Below are positions 52,225 to 62,130 of a stretch of 64,000 nt of DNA, in pieces. Each line of letters begins with the position of its first letter. Within the stretch, counting starts at the first letter, position 1. The position numbers and the translations under genes were made by a program. Under the pieces are notes generated by a model that saw only the letters and a list, made by a program, of their open reading frames with translations, was not told where the DNA came from and made no database searches. The DNA is from an uncultured Verrucomicrobiae bacterium. GTDB taxonomy: Bacteria > Verrucomicrobiota > Verrucomicrobiia > Chthoniobacterales > UBA10450. Location: positions 256,001 through 320,000 of the forward strand of contig CAWFGO010000002.1 of assembly GCA_963815455.1 (NCBI GenBank), given 5' to 3'.

Positions 52225-52626
52225 ATGAAACCATTTTACATAATCATACTTTTGTCGTCGTTGGCTTCCGCCGCTTTTGCGCGCCAAGAGGCGGTTTTGG
52301 CCCGGGTCACCGGTTACTGGGCAAACGAGGGAGCTTCCGGCCTTTACGCCAGTACGGGCCGCCGGTTGCGTCCTGGACATTGCGCCGTCGATCCAAAGCG
52401 AATCCCGTACGGCAGCAAAGTTGTCTTCCCCGATATCACGTGCACGGCGGTCGATACCGGATCGGCCGTAGTTAGTCGCAAAGCGGCACGAGCACGCGGA
52501 CGAACCCCAGCTCAACGCAACGCCATCGTGGTCGATCGATTTTTCGAAACGAAGCAAGACGCGGTCGCCTGGTCGAACGCGCATTCGGAATTCATGGTCC
52601 TGCAAGTTATCCCGCCGCAGGAGTGA
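52225..52626 (+). CDS. Secreted 3D-domain (MltA-like) protein, paralogue 1
   Basis: Signal peptide; RVTGYW, CAVDPKRIPYGS, AVDTG, VVDRFF (three Asp). Confidence 0.8.
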   Translation: MKPFYIIILLSSLASAAFARQEAVLARVTGYWANEGASGLYASTGRRLRPGHCAVDPKRIPYGSKVVFPDITCTAVDTGSAVVSRKAARARGRTPAQRNAIVVDRFFETKQDAVAWSNAHSEFMVLQVIPPQE

Positions 52627-52630
52627 GTAC

Positions 52631-52756
52631 AGGTAGAGATTCGCCGTGGCGAAGCCGTGCCATTTTCGGATTCGCCGGACGGTTCGGAGAACCGTCCCTA
52701 CCGGTCAGAGCCGCTCGATCGGCGAGCGGTTTGCGGCCGGCACGGCCGCCTCTACA
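52631..52756. repeat. GTAG REP cluster, right copy
   Basis: CGGTTCGGAGAACCGTCCCTACC and an identical TGCGGCCGGCACGGCCGCCTCTACA. Confidence 0.85.
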
Positions 52757-52764
52757 CTTTGCGA

Positions 52765-54325
52765 ATGCAAACCGCCGGTTCCGAACCCGCGCCGGGATGG
52801 ACGGCAACGGAGCGCACCCTGCTGATCTCCTTCGGCCTGGCAACCCTGCTCATCCACCTGCTCACCAATGGCGGTTACGGTTACTTCCGGGATGAGCTCT
52901 ATTATATAGCGTGCAGCCGGCACCTCGCCTTCGGCTACGTCGATCAGCCGCCGTTGTCGATCCTGCTGCTCCAGCTCAGCCGGATGCTCTTTGGCGACTC
53001 TCTGCACGCGATCCGGCTGCTACCGGCCTTCGCGGGCGCGGCCGCGGTCGTGCTCGCTGGCATGATCGCGCGCCAGATGGGGGGGCGCATTTGGGCGGTA
53101 GCGTTGAGTTGCGCCGCCTCGCTCACCGCCCCGGTATATATAATAAACGGCAATTTCTTTTCCATGAACGCGTTCGAACCGTTGCTCTGGATGAGTTGCA
53201 TCTATTTCCTGATACGAATCATTAACGGCGGCCCGCCCACTCTCTGGCTCTGGGTCGGGTTGCTCGCCGGGCTGGGCGTCGAGAACAAGCATTCGACAGT
53301 TTTTTTCGGCGTGGCTGTAATCGCAGGACTGCTTGCTCTCGCCGGACCGCCGCCATTTCCGAGAAAAATGGATCTGGCTGGGCGGCCTCATCGCGTTTCT
53401 CGTCGCGCTGCCGAACATCATCTGGCAGATCCAAAATCACTGGGCGACCTGGGAATTGCTCAACAACGTGGCCCACAGCAACAAGAATGTGATTCTTAAT
53501 CCGGCGGACTTCCTGAGTCAGCAGGTGCTGCTGATGAACCCCGGCACATTGCCACTTTGGTTAGGCGGACTGGTGTGGTTGCTCGCATCGCGCGCCGGCA
53601 GACGCTACCGGGCACTGGCAATCATCTATCTCGTCACGCTGATCGAATTCATCTTGTTGCATGGCAAAGTTTACTATTTGGCGCCCGCCTACCCGATGCT
53701 GTTCGCAGCGGGCGGGGTCGGAGCGGAAGGCCTCTTTAATCTGCGGTGGACATGGATGAAACCGGCGTTGGCCGCGCTCATCATTTTGCCCGCGGCAGTC
53801 CTGGCACCCATCACTGTGCCCATTCTGGCGCCGGAAAAATTGGTCGCCTACATGAAGGCGATTCATTTTGAGCCGCCCCGAACCGAGACTTCGCACACCG
53901 CGGCGCTGCCTCAATATTTCGCCGATCAATTTGGCTGGGAAGAAATGGCCGCCTCGGTGGGTCATGCCTATAATCACTTGAAGCCCGAGGACAAAAAGCG
54001 AGCCGCCATTTTTTGCCAGAACTACGGCGAAGCCGCCGCCCTGGAATTCTTTGGACCGAAATACAATATCCCCCCGGGGATCGTAATCTCCGGCCATCAA
54101 AATTACTTTCTCTGGGGACCGCGCGATTATACCGGGGACGTTGTGCTGGTCATGGATGATCGGGCGGACGATGAACGACAGCAATTTACCGAGGTGCAAG
54201 AGCTCGGGGAAGTGTTGAGCAGTCCGTGGGCAATGCCTTGGGAACAACGCCAAAAAATGTATCTCTGCCGTGGCCTAAAGGGCAGTCTCCGAGAGTTTTG
54301 GCCCCGGCTGAAAAATTGGCTATAA
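52765..54325 (+). CDS. GT39/ArnT-like membrane glycosyltransferase; frameshift near 53340
   Basis: FRDELYY, GYVDQPPL, ENKHS; continues PNIIWQ, GKVYYLAPAYP, DQFGW, NYGEAAA, SGHQNY. Confidence 0.85.
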
Positions 54326-54329
54326 AGAA

Positions 54330-54357
54330 TTGACATTATTCTAATTACTGATAAAAC
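54330..54357 (+). promoter_or_regulatory. Sigma70-type promoter about 220 nt upstream of 3D paralogue 2
   Basis: TTGACA (54330-54335), AT-rich spacer, TGATAAAAC. Confidence 0.55.
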
Positions 54358-54577
54358 TGCGGCGACCCATAAGGAGAAAAGAGGCGCGCCCTGTTAGTAA
54401 CCACTGAGTTGTTCACATATTCCCCCCGGACAAGCTCGTTCTCGCCGAGTTTGATCTTCTTCGCTTCCCGGACGCCGTATCGCCCGGAGGCAGCGCTGCC
54501 GTACCCCCAATGTAAAACCGGCATTTCGAGCTTTTGCGAGGTCTCAAGGCTCGGGCCCTGCTAAAAAACTTAACCTA

Positions 54578-55168
54578 ATGAAACGATTCCTCACCCCCAC
54601 TGCGTTTCTTATCCTGGCCATGCCAGCGGCGGCTCTTGCCCGCGAACAGACGAAGCCTGCGAAGAGTCGCGAGCGGGTCGCTCTCGTCAAAACCCGCGAG
54701 CAAACGGTGCTCGCCCGAGTCACTGTCTACTGGGCCAAAGGCGGCTCAGGCTCGGACCGCTATACCCGCCAGCACAAGACAGCCACCGGCGTCCGTCTCC
54801 GCAGTGGGCATTGTGCTGTCGATCCACGGCGGATTCCCTATGGCAGCCAGATCATTTTCCCAGACGGCCGTTTCATGGCGGTCGATACCGGCACCGCCGT
54901 GATCAATCGGAAAGCTGCGCGCCTCTCCGGACGGACCAAATACGAGCGCGATGCGGTCGTCGTCGATCGCTTCTTCGAGACCAAGCGGCAGGCGCTCGCC
55001 TGGGAGAAGACCCATCCCCCGTTCATGATGGTGCGCGTGATTACGCCGAACTATCGGAGAACAGTGCCGTCGCAGGAGCGTTTGGCCGCAGCCGCGGGGA
55101 AATATCCGCGAGCGATACCAGTTGCGCCGCCGAAATATCCGCGCGCCACACTTGTAGCGAAGAAATAA
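54578..55168 (+). CDS. Secreted 3D-domain protein, paralogue 2
   Basis: RVTVYW, CAVDPRRIPYGS, AVDTG, VVDRFFETK; C-terminal KYPRA x2. Confidence 0.8.
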   Translation: MKRFLTPTAFLILAMPAAALAREQTKPAKSRERVALVKTREQTVLARVTVYWAKGGSGSDRYTRQHKTATGVRLRSGHCAVDPRRIPYGSQIIFPDGRFMAVDTGTAVINRKAARLSGRTKYERDAVVVDRFFETKRQALAWEKTHPPFMMVRVITPNYRRTVPSQERLAAAAGKYPRAIPVAPPKYPRATLVAKK

Positions 55169-55220
55169 CGAAACCGGCCACGCTGTTGCGTGGACATCCA
55201 AGACGAAGCGCACTTCCTCT

Positions 55221-55313
55221 TGTCATCCTGAGTGGAGCGAAGCGGAGTCGAAGGATCCCGTTTTGGAATCTTCAGCTAACGCAACGGGATTCCTCGACTT
55301 CGCTCGGAATGAC
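55221..55313. repeat. GTCATCC palindromic element
   Basis: TGTCATCCTGAG...CTCGGAATGAC. Confidence 0.88.
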
Positions 55314-55332
55314 GACGGGTTCCGGCGCGTCT

Positions 55333-55894
55333 CTACGAGGAAGTGAACTTCCCGTAAACCGCCACCAGCGGATAGAAACAGCGATTCTTTGAATGATAAT
55401 CGCTCACAAACCCATCCTTGGTCCGGATCTCGACATGGCCGCGGCGCCTGTTCCCATAAACCAGCACGGCGCCCACCGGCGCCTTGTACGGATCGCGAAC
55501 CGGCAATCGTTTGAAAGCCATATTTCTGAACCAACTCCTGTCCGGCATCAGCGGCATAGGCGGTCTTCGGATACGATTTCACCGCGCCCGCCTTAACCAG
55601 CGCTTCCTTCACGTATTGCCAGCACCGAAAATGCGACCGCGCATTGGCCCGCTCCTTGGCAATGCTTGCGGCCTTCATCAGTTTCGGATCGATCCGCGGA
55701 TCGACATGGGCAAACGGATGCACGATCCGCTTTGTCCAATACCGGCGAATGATCCGGGCAGACGTGACTTTGCCCGAGCGCTCCTTGTAAACGAAATCCG
55801 ATTTCGACCGGGTTATGCCCTCGGCCTGAACCGTATTCGAAAAAAGCGCCAGAACGCCGGCGAAAACTAAAATTGCGAATTTGGACAATCGCAC
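55333..55894 (-). CDS. Secreted CHAP/NlpC-P60-like cysteine amidase, paralogue 1; frameshift near 55515
   Basis: Signal peptide; CWQYVKEAL...APVGAVLVYG...GHVEIRT..GFVSDY (Cys-His). Confidence 0.7.
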
Positions 55895-55961
55895 GCGCCA
55901 TTCCTATCGCAGCACTTATGCCGTCCGACAAGTCGTTTTGAAAAAGATGGCCAGCCGCTAT

Positions 55962-56462
55962 TTAACGCAGCTGAGCGGATCCGCCGATAAACCCCGGAAG
56001 TCTGGAAGCATCATTTCGGGCGGCGATGCCGATCGACGGCGCGGCAGATCTATTTCGTTTTTCCGGCGCGATAACCCGAACGGTAATGAATTGCGGATGG
56101 GAATTAGCCCAAACAACGGCTTCTCGTTTGGTTTCGAAGAATCGATCGATCACCAGCGCGTTTTTTTGAACAGGATTATGCCCACAATAACGCGCTGATT
56201 TTCGACTCACGACCGCCGGGCCGGTATCCACGGCGAGGCATTCCATATCCGGAAATATAACTTTGCTTCCGTATGGGATCTTCTTGGGATCGACTGCGCA
56301 GTGCCCGGCGCGCAGTCGTGCCCCATTCCATGCCGCGCGTTCACCCGAACCTTCTCCGCGCCAGTAGCCGGTGACTCGGACCAGAATCGATTGCTCACGG
56401 CCCAATGCGCAAGGCGCAGCGAGCGTCAGTAAAAAGCCAGTTGCTATGATTAAGTGTTTCAT
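55962..56462 (-). CDS. Secreted 3D-domain protein, paralogue 3
   Basis: RVTGYW, CAVDPKKIPYGS, AVDTG, VIDRFFETK. Confidence 0.8.
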   Translation of the reverse strand: MKHLIIATGFLLTLAAPCALGREQSILVRVTGYWRGEGSGERAAWNGARLRAGHCAVDPKKIPYGSKVIFPDMECLAVDTGPAVVSRKSARYCGHNPVQKNALVIDRFFETKREAVVWANSHPQFITVRVIAPEKRNRSAAPSIGIAARNDASRLPGFIGGSAQLR

Positions 56463-56616
56463 TCTTCCAACCGATTCCAGCGTTGCCGAAATCGAGACTA
56501 CTTTTTGAAGTCGTGGGATCCCGCGGAAGCCCCGTCAGTTTTCAATCGAAAATCCGTGATAATTTGGTCGCCCCTCCGCGACCGAAATTTGCGAAGCAGC
56601 AAGATCGACAATTGCG

Positions 56617-57167
56617 CTACGACTTGGCGTAAACGCCTACCAATCGCCGCGGCGACGGAATTCGCGATTTGAAATCGCTGACGAATCCGTCCCGGGTGCG
56701 AATCTCCACGTGGCCGGCAGAACGCCCCGCGCCATAGACCAGCACTGCTCCCACCGGTGCCTTGAATGGATCGCGCACCGGGAGCTTCTTGAATCCGTAA
56801 TCCTTCACCAATTCTTGAGCAGCCTGCTTTGCATAGACCGTCTTGGGGTAGGACTTGACCGCGCCCGAGGCCACAAGCGCCTGCTTCACGTAACGCCAGC
56901 ACTGCGAGCGGGAATGCACATTGGCGCGCTCCTGGGCGATGGTCGCCGCGCGCATCAACTTGGGATTGATATTGCGATCCACTTTGGCCAATGGATGCTG
57001 GATCTTTTTCCGGTAATAGCGGGTAACAACGGGGATCGACTCCGTTCTGTCATTACATGCTTTAACCGGAATTGGGACGGTGCTGAACTGGCATGGACCG
57101 CCTGGACACCACCGGCAGTGAAGATCGAGCAGAGAACAACTAGGGAAAGGGGGATACGATTTGACAT
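56617..57167 (-). CDS. Secreted CHAP/NlpC-P60-like cysteine amidase, paralogue 2; frameshift near 57065
   Basis: MSNRIPLSLVVLCSIFTAGGVQA signal in another frame; CWRYVKQAL...GHVEIRTRDGFVSDF. Confidence 0.7.
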
Positions 57168-57284
57168 GGAAGCGCGCCATATCGAGCAGGATGGTTGCCT
57201 GCGCAAGCGATTTCTTCAGAAATTTTCGGGTTTTCTTGGAGGCTCCTCGGCCAACTCGCGCCCCCAAGGGCTCAACTGAAGACG

Positions 57285-58203
57285 CTACAGCGCGGACGAT
57301 GAATTCGGCCATTCGGCGGCGTTTATCCGGATCGGGAAGCCGGCCTTTCCCCGCTGCTAGGTTATCGGCGAGATGATCGGGCTTGCTGGTCGCGGGAATG
57401 GCACAGGTCACGGCCGGATGGGCGACGATCCATTTGAGGAAGAACTGGGCCCAGGATCGACAATCGAACTCGGTCGCCCAATCGGGCAACGGCTTCGACC
57501 GGACTCGCGAAAATAGATCGCCGCCGCCAAATGGCCGATTGATGATCACCGCCACTTGTCGATCTTGCGCCAGCGGCAGGATTCTCTGCTCGGCCTCGCG
57601 TTCCATGATCGAGTAATTGATCTGGAGAAAATCGAGCTTCTCGCTTCGCAAAACTTTTTCCACTTCGGGAAAACTGCTCTCGTTGTAATGGGTCACGCCA
57701 ATGTAGCGAAACCGGCCTTGCGCTTTCCAATCGCGCATGGTGGCAAGCTGCGTCCCGACATCGACGAGGTTATGCACCTGCATCAGATCGATTCGCTTGG
57801 TTTGGAATCGCGCAAATGAGCGATTCATCGACTCGATGCCGGCTTCCTTGCCCCGCGTCCAAACTTTCGTGGCCAGAAAGAGCTTGTCGTGCAGCTTGCG
57901 CTTCGTCGCCAGGCTGCCGATAACTTCCTCCGAGCGTCCGTACATCGGAGAGGAATCGACGATGCGCCCGCCCAGTTGCACGAACAGCGAGAGCACGTCG
58001 CCCAGCTGCTTCTCTTTCTCCGGCGTAAGATCGACATCGAACACCTGCCAGGTTCCGAGTCCGATCACCGGCAACGTCTCGCCGGAAGATGGAATCGCGC
58101 GCATGAGCATCGCAGATGATTCGCTCGCCGACTCCGCATTGATCGGCAAAAACACGCCGGCCGCACTCGTGCCCAGCAATTTCGCCGCCTCACGTCGCGT
58201 CAT
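57285..58203 (-). CDS. Aldo/keto reductase with Tat-like signal; frameshift just before the stop
   Basis: MTRREAAKLLG, IGLGTW, DSSPMYG, ATKVW, IDLMQVHNL, AIPATSKPDHL; TAG at 57285-57287 in the adjacent frame. Confidence 0.85.
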
Positions 58204-58209
58204 ATCCTT

Positions 58210-58290
58210 TGTCATTCCGAGCGGAGTGGAGGAATCTCTCGACAGCTTTCGGAAATGACACAGATGGTCGACTTCGCTCAATATGGACAA
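58210..58290. repeat. Degenerate GTCAT(T)CC element between divergent genes
   Basis: TGTCATTCCGAGCGGAG...GGAAATGACA...TCGACTTCGCTC. Confidence 0.7.
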
Positions 58291-58294
58291 TCAA

Positions 58295-59465
58295 ATGCCT
58301 ACGACCCGACGCCACTTTCTAAAAATCTCCGCCGCCGCCAGCGCAACTATTGCCTTGGCGCAAGATCGACATCTTTGTTTGCCACGGAATCCGTGAAACC
58401 TCTGCGCATCCTCATCCTGGGCGGCACCGGATTTACCGGGCCGTATCAGGTCGGTTACGCCCTTGGCCGCGGGCACAAGGTGACGACTTTCAACCGCGGC
58501 AAAACTCACCCGAACGAACTGCCGCCCGAAGTCGAGCAGCTCATTGGCGATCGCAACGGCAAACTTGAGGCATTGAAGGGCCGCCAATGGGATGTCGTGA
58601 TCGATAATCCGACAACGCTGCCGGTCTGGGTGCGGGATGCCGCCGAAATCCTGAAGGGCAACGTCGATCGTTACGTCTTCATTTCGACCATTTCCGTTTA
58701 CGGAGACGTGGAGCAGGGAGTCGACGAATCGGCCCCGGTCGAGAAATATGATGGCCCCGATCCCTACAAGGAAACCTTGGAAGCGATGCGCGCCTCCGGT
58801 TTCAAAACATACGGTCCGCTCAAGGCGCTTTCGGAGAAGGAAGCCGAGAAATGGTTTCCCGGAAAGGCGCTGATCATTCGACCAGGATTAATTGTTGGTC
58901 CGCGCGACCAGACCGATCGGTTCACTTATTGGCCGGTGCGGATCGATCGCGGTGGCGAAGTGCTCGCACCGGGCACGCCCGACGATCCGGTCCAGATCAT
59001 CGACGCCCGCGACCTGGCCGAATGGACGATCCGGATGGTGGAAAATCGCGAGACTGGAATTTACAACGCCACTGGTCCGGCCAAGCCGCTAGGCGTTGGC
59101 GGCATGCTTGATGGAATCAAGAGCGCGCTCAAATCGAATGCGAAATTCACCTGGGCCAGCGAAGAATTCCTGACCCAGCAAAAAGTCGAGCCTTGGTCGG
59201 ACATGCCGGTCTGGACCGGGAAGGAGAGCGGCATGGCGCGGACGAGCATCGCCGTGCTCTTGCCAAAGGGATTGACGTTCCGTCCGCTCGGCGATACTGC
59301 CCGCGACACGCTGGCCTGGTTCAAATCACTCCCGCAAGATCGACAACCCGAAATGATCGGGGCTCGCGAAGCCCTTCGGAGTCGCAATTAAAAGCCGGCC
59401 TAACGCCCGAGCGCGAAGCCGAAGTCCTCGCCGCGTGGAAGAAACAAAAAGCTTCGTCATCCTGA
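58295..59465 (+). CDS. NAD-dependent epimerase/dehydratase family protein with Tat signal; frameshifts near 58357 and 59347-59381
   Basis: MPTTRRHFLK, ILGGTGFTG, YGPLK, IRPGLIVGP, IDARDLA, AGLTPEREAEVL. Confidence 0.85.
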
Positions 59466-59595
59466 GCGAAGCGAAGGATCTCGCGAAAACAGTTTCTACT
59501 CACATATTTCGAAAACCGTTACTGCAGCAGCAACGTAGTGAACGCTTGCGTGCCTACCGACCTACTGCGGGGTCCCTCGCTTCGCTCGGGATGAC
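59456..59595. repeat. GTCATCC element overlapping the epimerase stop codon
   Basis: GTCATCCTGAG...CTCGGGATGAC. Confidence 0.88.
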
Positions 59596-59619
59596 CCCGG
59601 GGTGCAGCGTTTACTGTAA

Positions 59620-61874
59620 TTACAACGCGAGCGTCTCCTGCCTTGCTGAATTGCTTTTCAAGTCCGCGAATTTTTTGGCCAGCTCATCGAGCTTGGCAAC
59701 ATAGTAGTCCACATTTTCATCTCGGTTCTTTGGGTCGAATTCGCAGACCAACTTTGCCGCTTCGTAAGCCGGAACCTTCTTCGGCGTGCTCTTAATATAA
59801 TAGCTGACCTGATCCCCGGGCTTATACGGGCGTCCGCTGGCCAGGGCGAGTTCGTAGGCGGCGGCTCGATTCCGGGCAGAGCCGGCGATCTTGGCCCGAT
59901 ATTTGTCGAGCGAATCCTGGAGCGTGTCGGTCTTCATCAACATGTCGATGTTCCATTCCCGGTTCCGGATTTTTTTCTCAAACTTCTCCCGAAGATCGAC
60001 AATCGCTTCTCGATTTTCCTTCCATGATGAGCCTAATCATCTCCTCCAGGAAAACGCGCTGAAATTTTTCGAGCCCGCGCGACTTGAGCGCGCCACCTTT
60101 GATGATCACGTCGCCCTCTTTCGTGAGCAGGGCGTAGTTCTTCGCTTTATAACTGAACATCGCGTCGAATTGCTCGTCGATTTCGACTTCGATTCCGGGC
60201 GGCAGTTCCTTGGCCAGACCTTCGCGCACCTTTTCAATCGCCTCTGGTGTAGCGGCGGCCGTGCCGGCCGCATCCTCCTTTTTTGCGCTCGACACGGGCG
60301 CCTCTACACTGGGCGGCACGAAATAAATTCCGTCGGTGTCGACTTCAATGACCTTTGCGCCCTGGACATTGAGCCAATCGATCATCTTCTTCAGCAAATC
60401 GCGCCCGATCTGGGTGACTCGCGCGGCAGCATCGAAATCGGCAAAATGGCCCTGGGCGAACCCGAGATAGCCGTAGAAACTGTTGATCAGAATCTTGAAC
60501 GTATTTTGCAGCGCGTGGAGATGACGCTGCTCTTTCGCATCCTTCGCTTCTCGCATCCGCGTCTTCGTTTCCAGCCGGAATGTCCGAAGATCGGTCAACA
60601 AATGCCGGAAGATCTGCAGTTGATCGCTCACCGGAAAACAATCGAACTGCAACATGATCGAGGGATAAAGCGATGCGACGTCGCAATGCCAGACGTTGTG
60701 CGCGACGCCGGTGAAAAAAATATCGGTGTAGCCGCCTTCAAACCCGCGCGCCATTGGCATTTCGGGAATGGAGTGACGCTGCCGGAAATATTCGCGGAGG
60801 AATAACGCGTTGATCCGGGTGGCGTTGCCGCGAACAATTACGTCCTGGTAGTTGTAGGGAAAAATTTGAGCCTGAATGAAGTAGCTCGGGCTAAGAAGCT
60901 CCGCCACGGCCCGCGTTTCGTTCACACCGCAGAGCGCGCGCTTGCGAAATCTTCCGTCGTTGTCCAGATAAGCGCGCTGCAATTCCTTACCCGACAGCGA
61001 GGAAATTTCTTCGCTGTCGCAGAGGCCAAAGTGCCGCGCCACATCGGCTCTCTCGAAACCGGCGAGCGTGCGCATACCGACATCGAAGAATTGGGCCAGC
61101 AAAAACGTGTCGACGAAATGGCGGCCATCGATGGCGAACTTCGGATAATCGATTGTTTTCTCGGCGATCTGGAGCCGGGACGGCCGCGAGCGCAAGAAAC
61201 CGCCGCTGCGTCCCCAGTCGAGTTTCGTCTTCAACTTCTTCGCCCGCGCGACGAGATAGGGAAGATGAACACGGAAAAGATCGTGCCCTTCGATCACATC
61301 CGGATCGCGCTCCTTAATCAGCGCGGTGAGTTTCTTGATGCGCGGCATGCTCCGATTCGGCGACGCTTTTAGGATCGACAACGATCAGCTCTTCCCAGCC
61401 GCTGTTGTCGGAAACCGCGATGCTCATGATATGATCATCGCTGCCGGGGTCGCCGCCCTCGGCTACAGTGGAGAGCACTTCGATCTGCATCCGTTTTAGT
61501 TCTTCGAACGGCAAATCTTTGAACAACGTGCGCCCGGTCGCGGTAAGGTAATGCTGCACCGGATCGGTAAAAGCGAAGAAATCGCGGCCGGCGTTTTTGA
61601 GCCCATTGCGCAGCGCGATCAGCTCCTTCCAGCTATCGACCGTAATGCCCCAACCGTATTTTAGATCGCCTTTGAGCTTTTCCGCCTCGATCCCAAGATC
61701 GACAACGTCGCTATCGGCCCAGACGAAAGGACGGAACGGCTCAACGTCGGCGACTGTCGATCCATCCTTTTCCCGGCGGTACACTTTGACCGTCCCGGTC
61801 TCGCCGAGCTCGATGGCAACGATCCGCGGTGTAGGATCAATGCCGAAAAGGAGCGTGTTCTTCTCGAATTCCAT
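59620..61874 (-). CDS. Family B DNA polymerase; frameshifts near 61345 and 59980
   Basis: CDVASLYPS, KILINSFYGY, EVDTDG, KNYA across three consecutive ORF pieces. Confidence 0.9.
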
Positions 61875-61931
61875 AAGTTCAACCGCAGATTACGCGGATT
61901 TCGCGGATTCAAAAGGCACGCTCTGACATCC

Positions 61932-62079
61932 TGTCATCCCGAGCGGAAGCGAGGGACCCCGCGAGATTAGCAAAGTCATGAAGTTCGCCAGTCCCGACCG
62001 TCGGAAGATGCGTCGTGAACGCTTGCGCATCCGCTACCTACTGCGAGGTCCTTCGCCGTCTTCGCGACTCGGGATGACA
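61932..62079. repeat. GTCATCC palindromic element
   Basis: TGTCATCCCGAG...CTCGGGATGACA; interior shares GTGAACGCTTGCG...ACCTACTGCG with the 59456 copy. Confidence 0.9.
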
Positions 62080-62130
62080 AGCAACGTGACCGCATTGTCG
62101 TAGGTGCCGGTCTTCTGCTATAGATGCGAC

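Noticed and set aside
56617..58290. Aldo/keto reductase-CHAP fusion (557 aa)
   Set aside because: Produced by two frameshifts; the CHAP gene has its own ATG and signal peptide at 57167.
59620..61874. Split PolB, programmed frameshifting or a prophage polymerase
   Set aside because: Neighbouring genes show the same scattered indels, and there are no phage genes around it.
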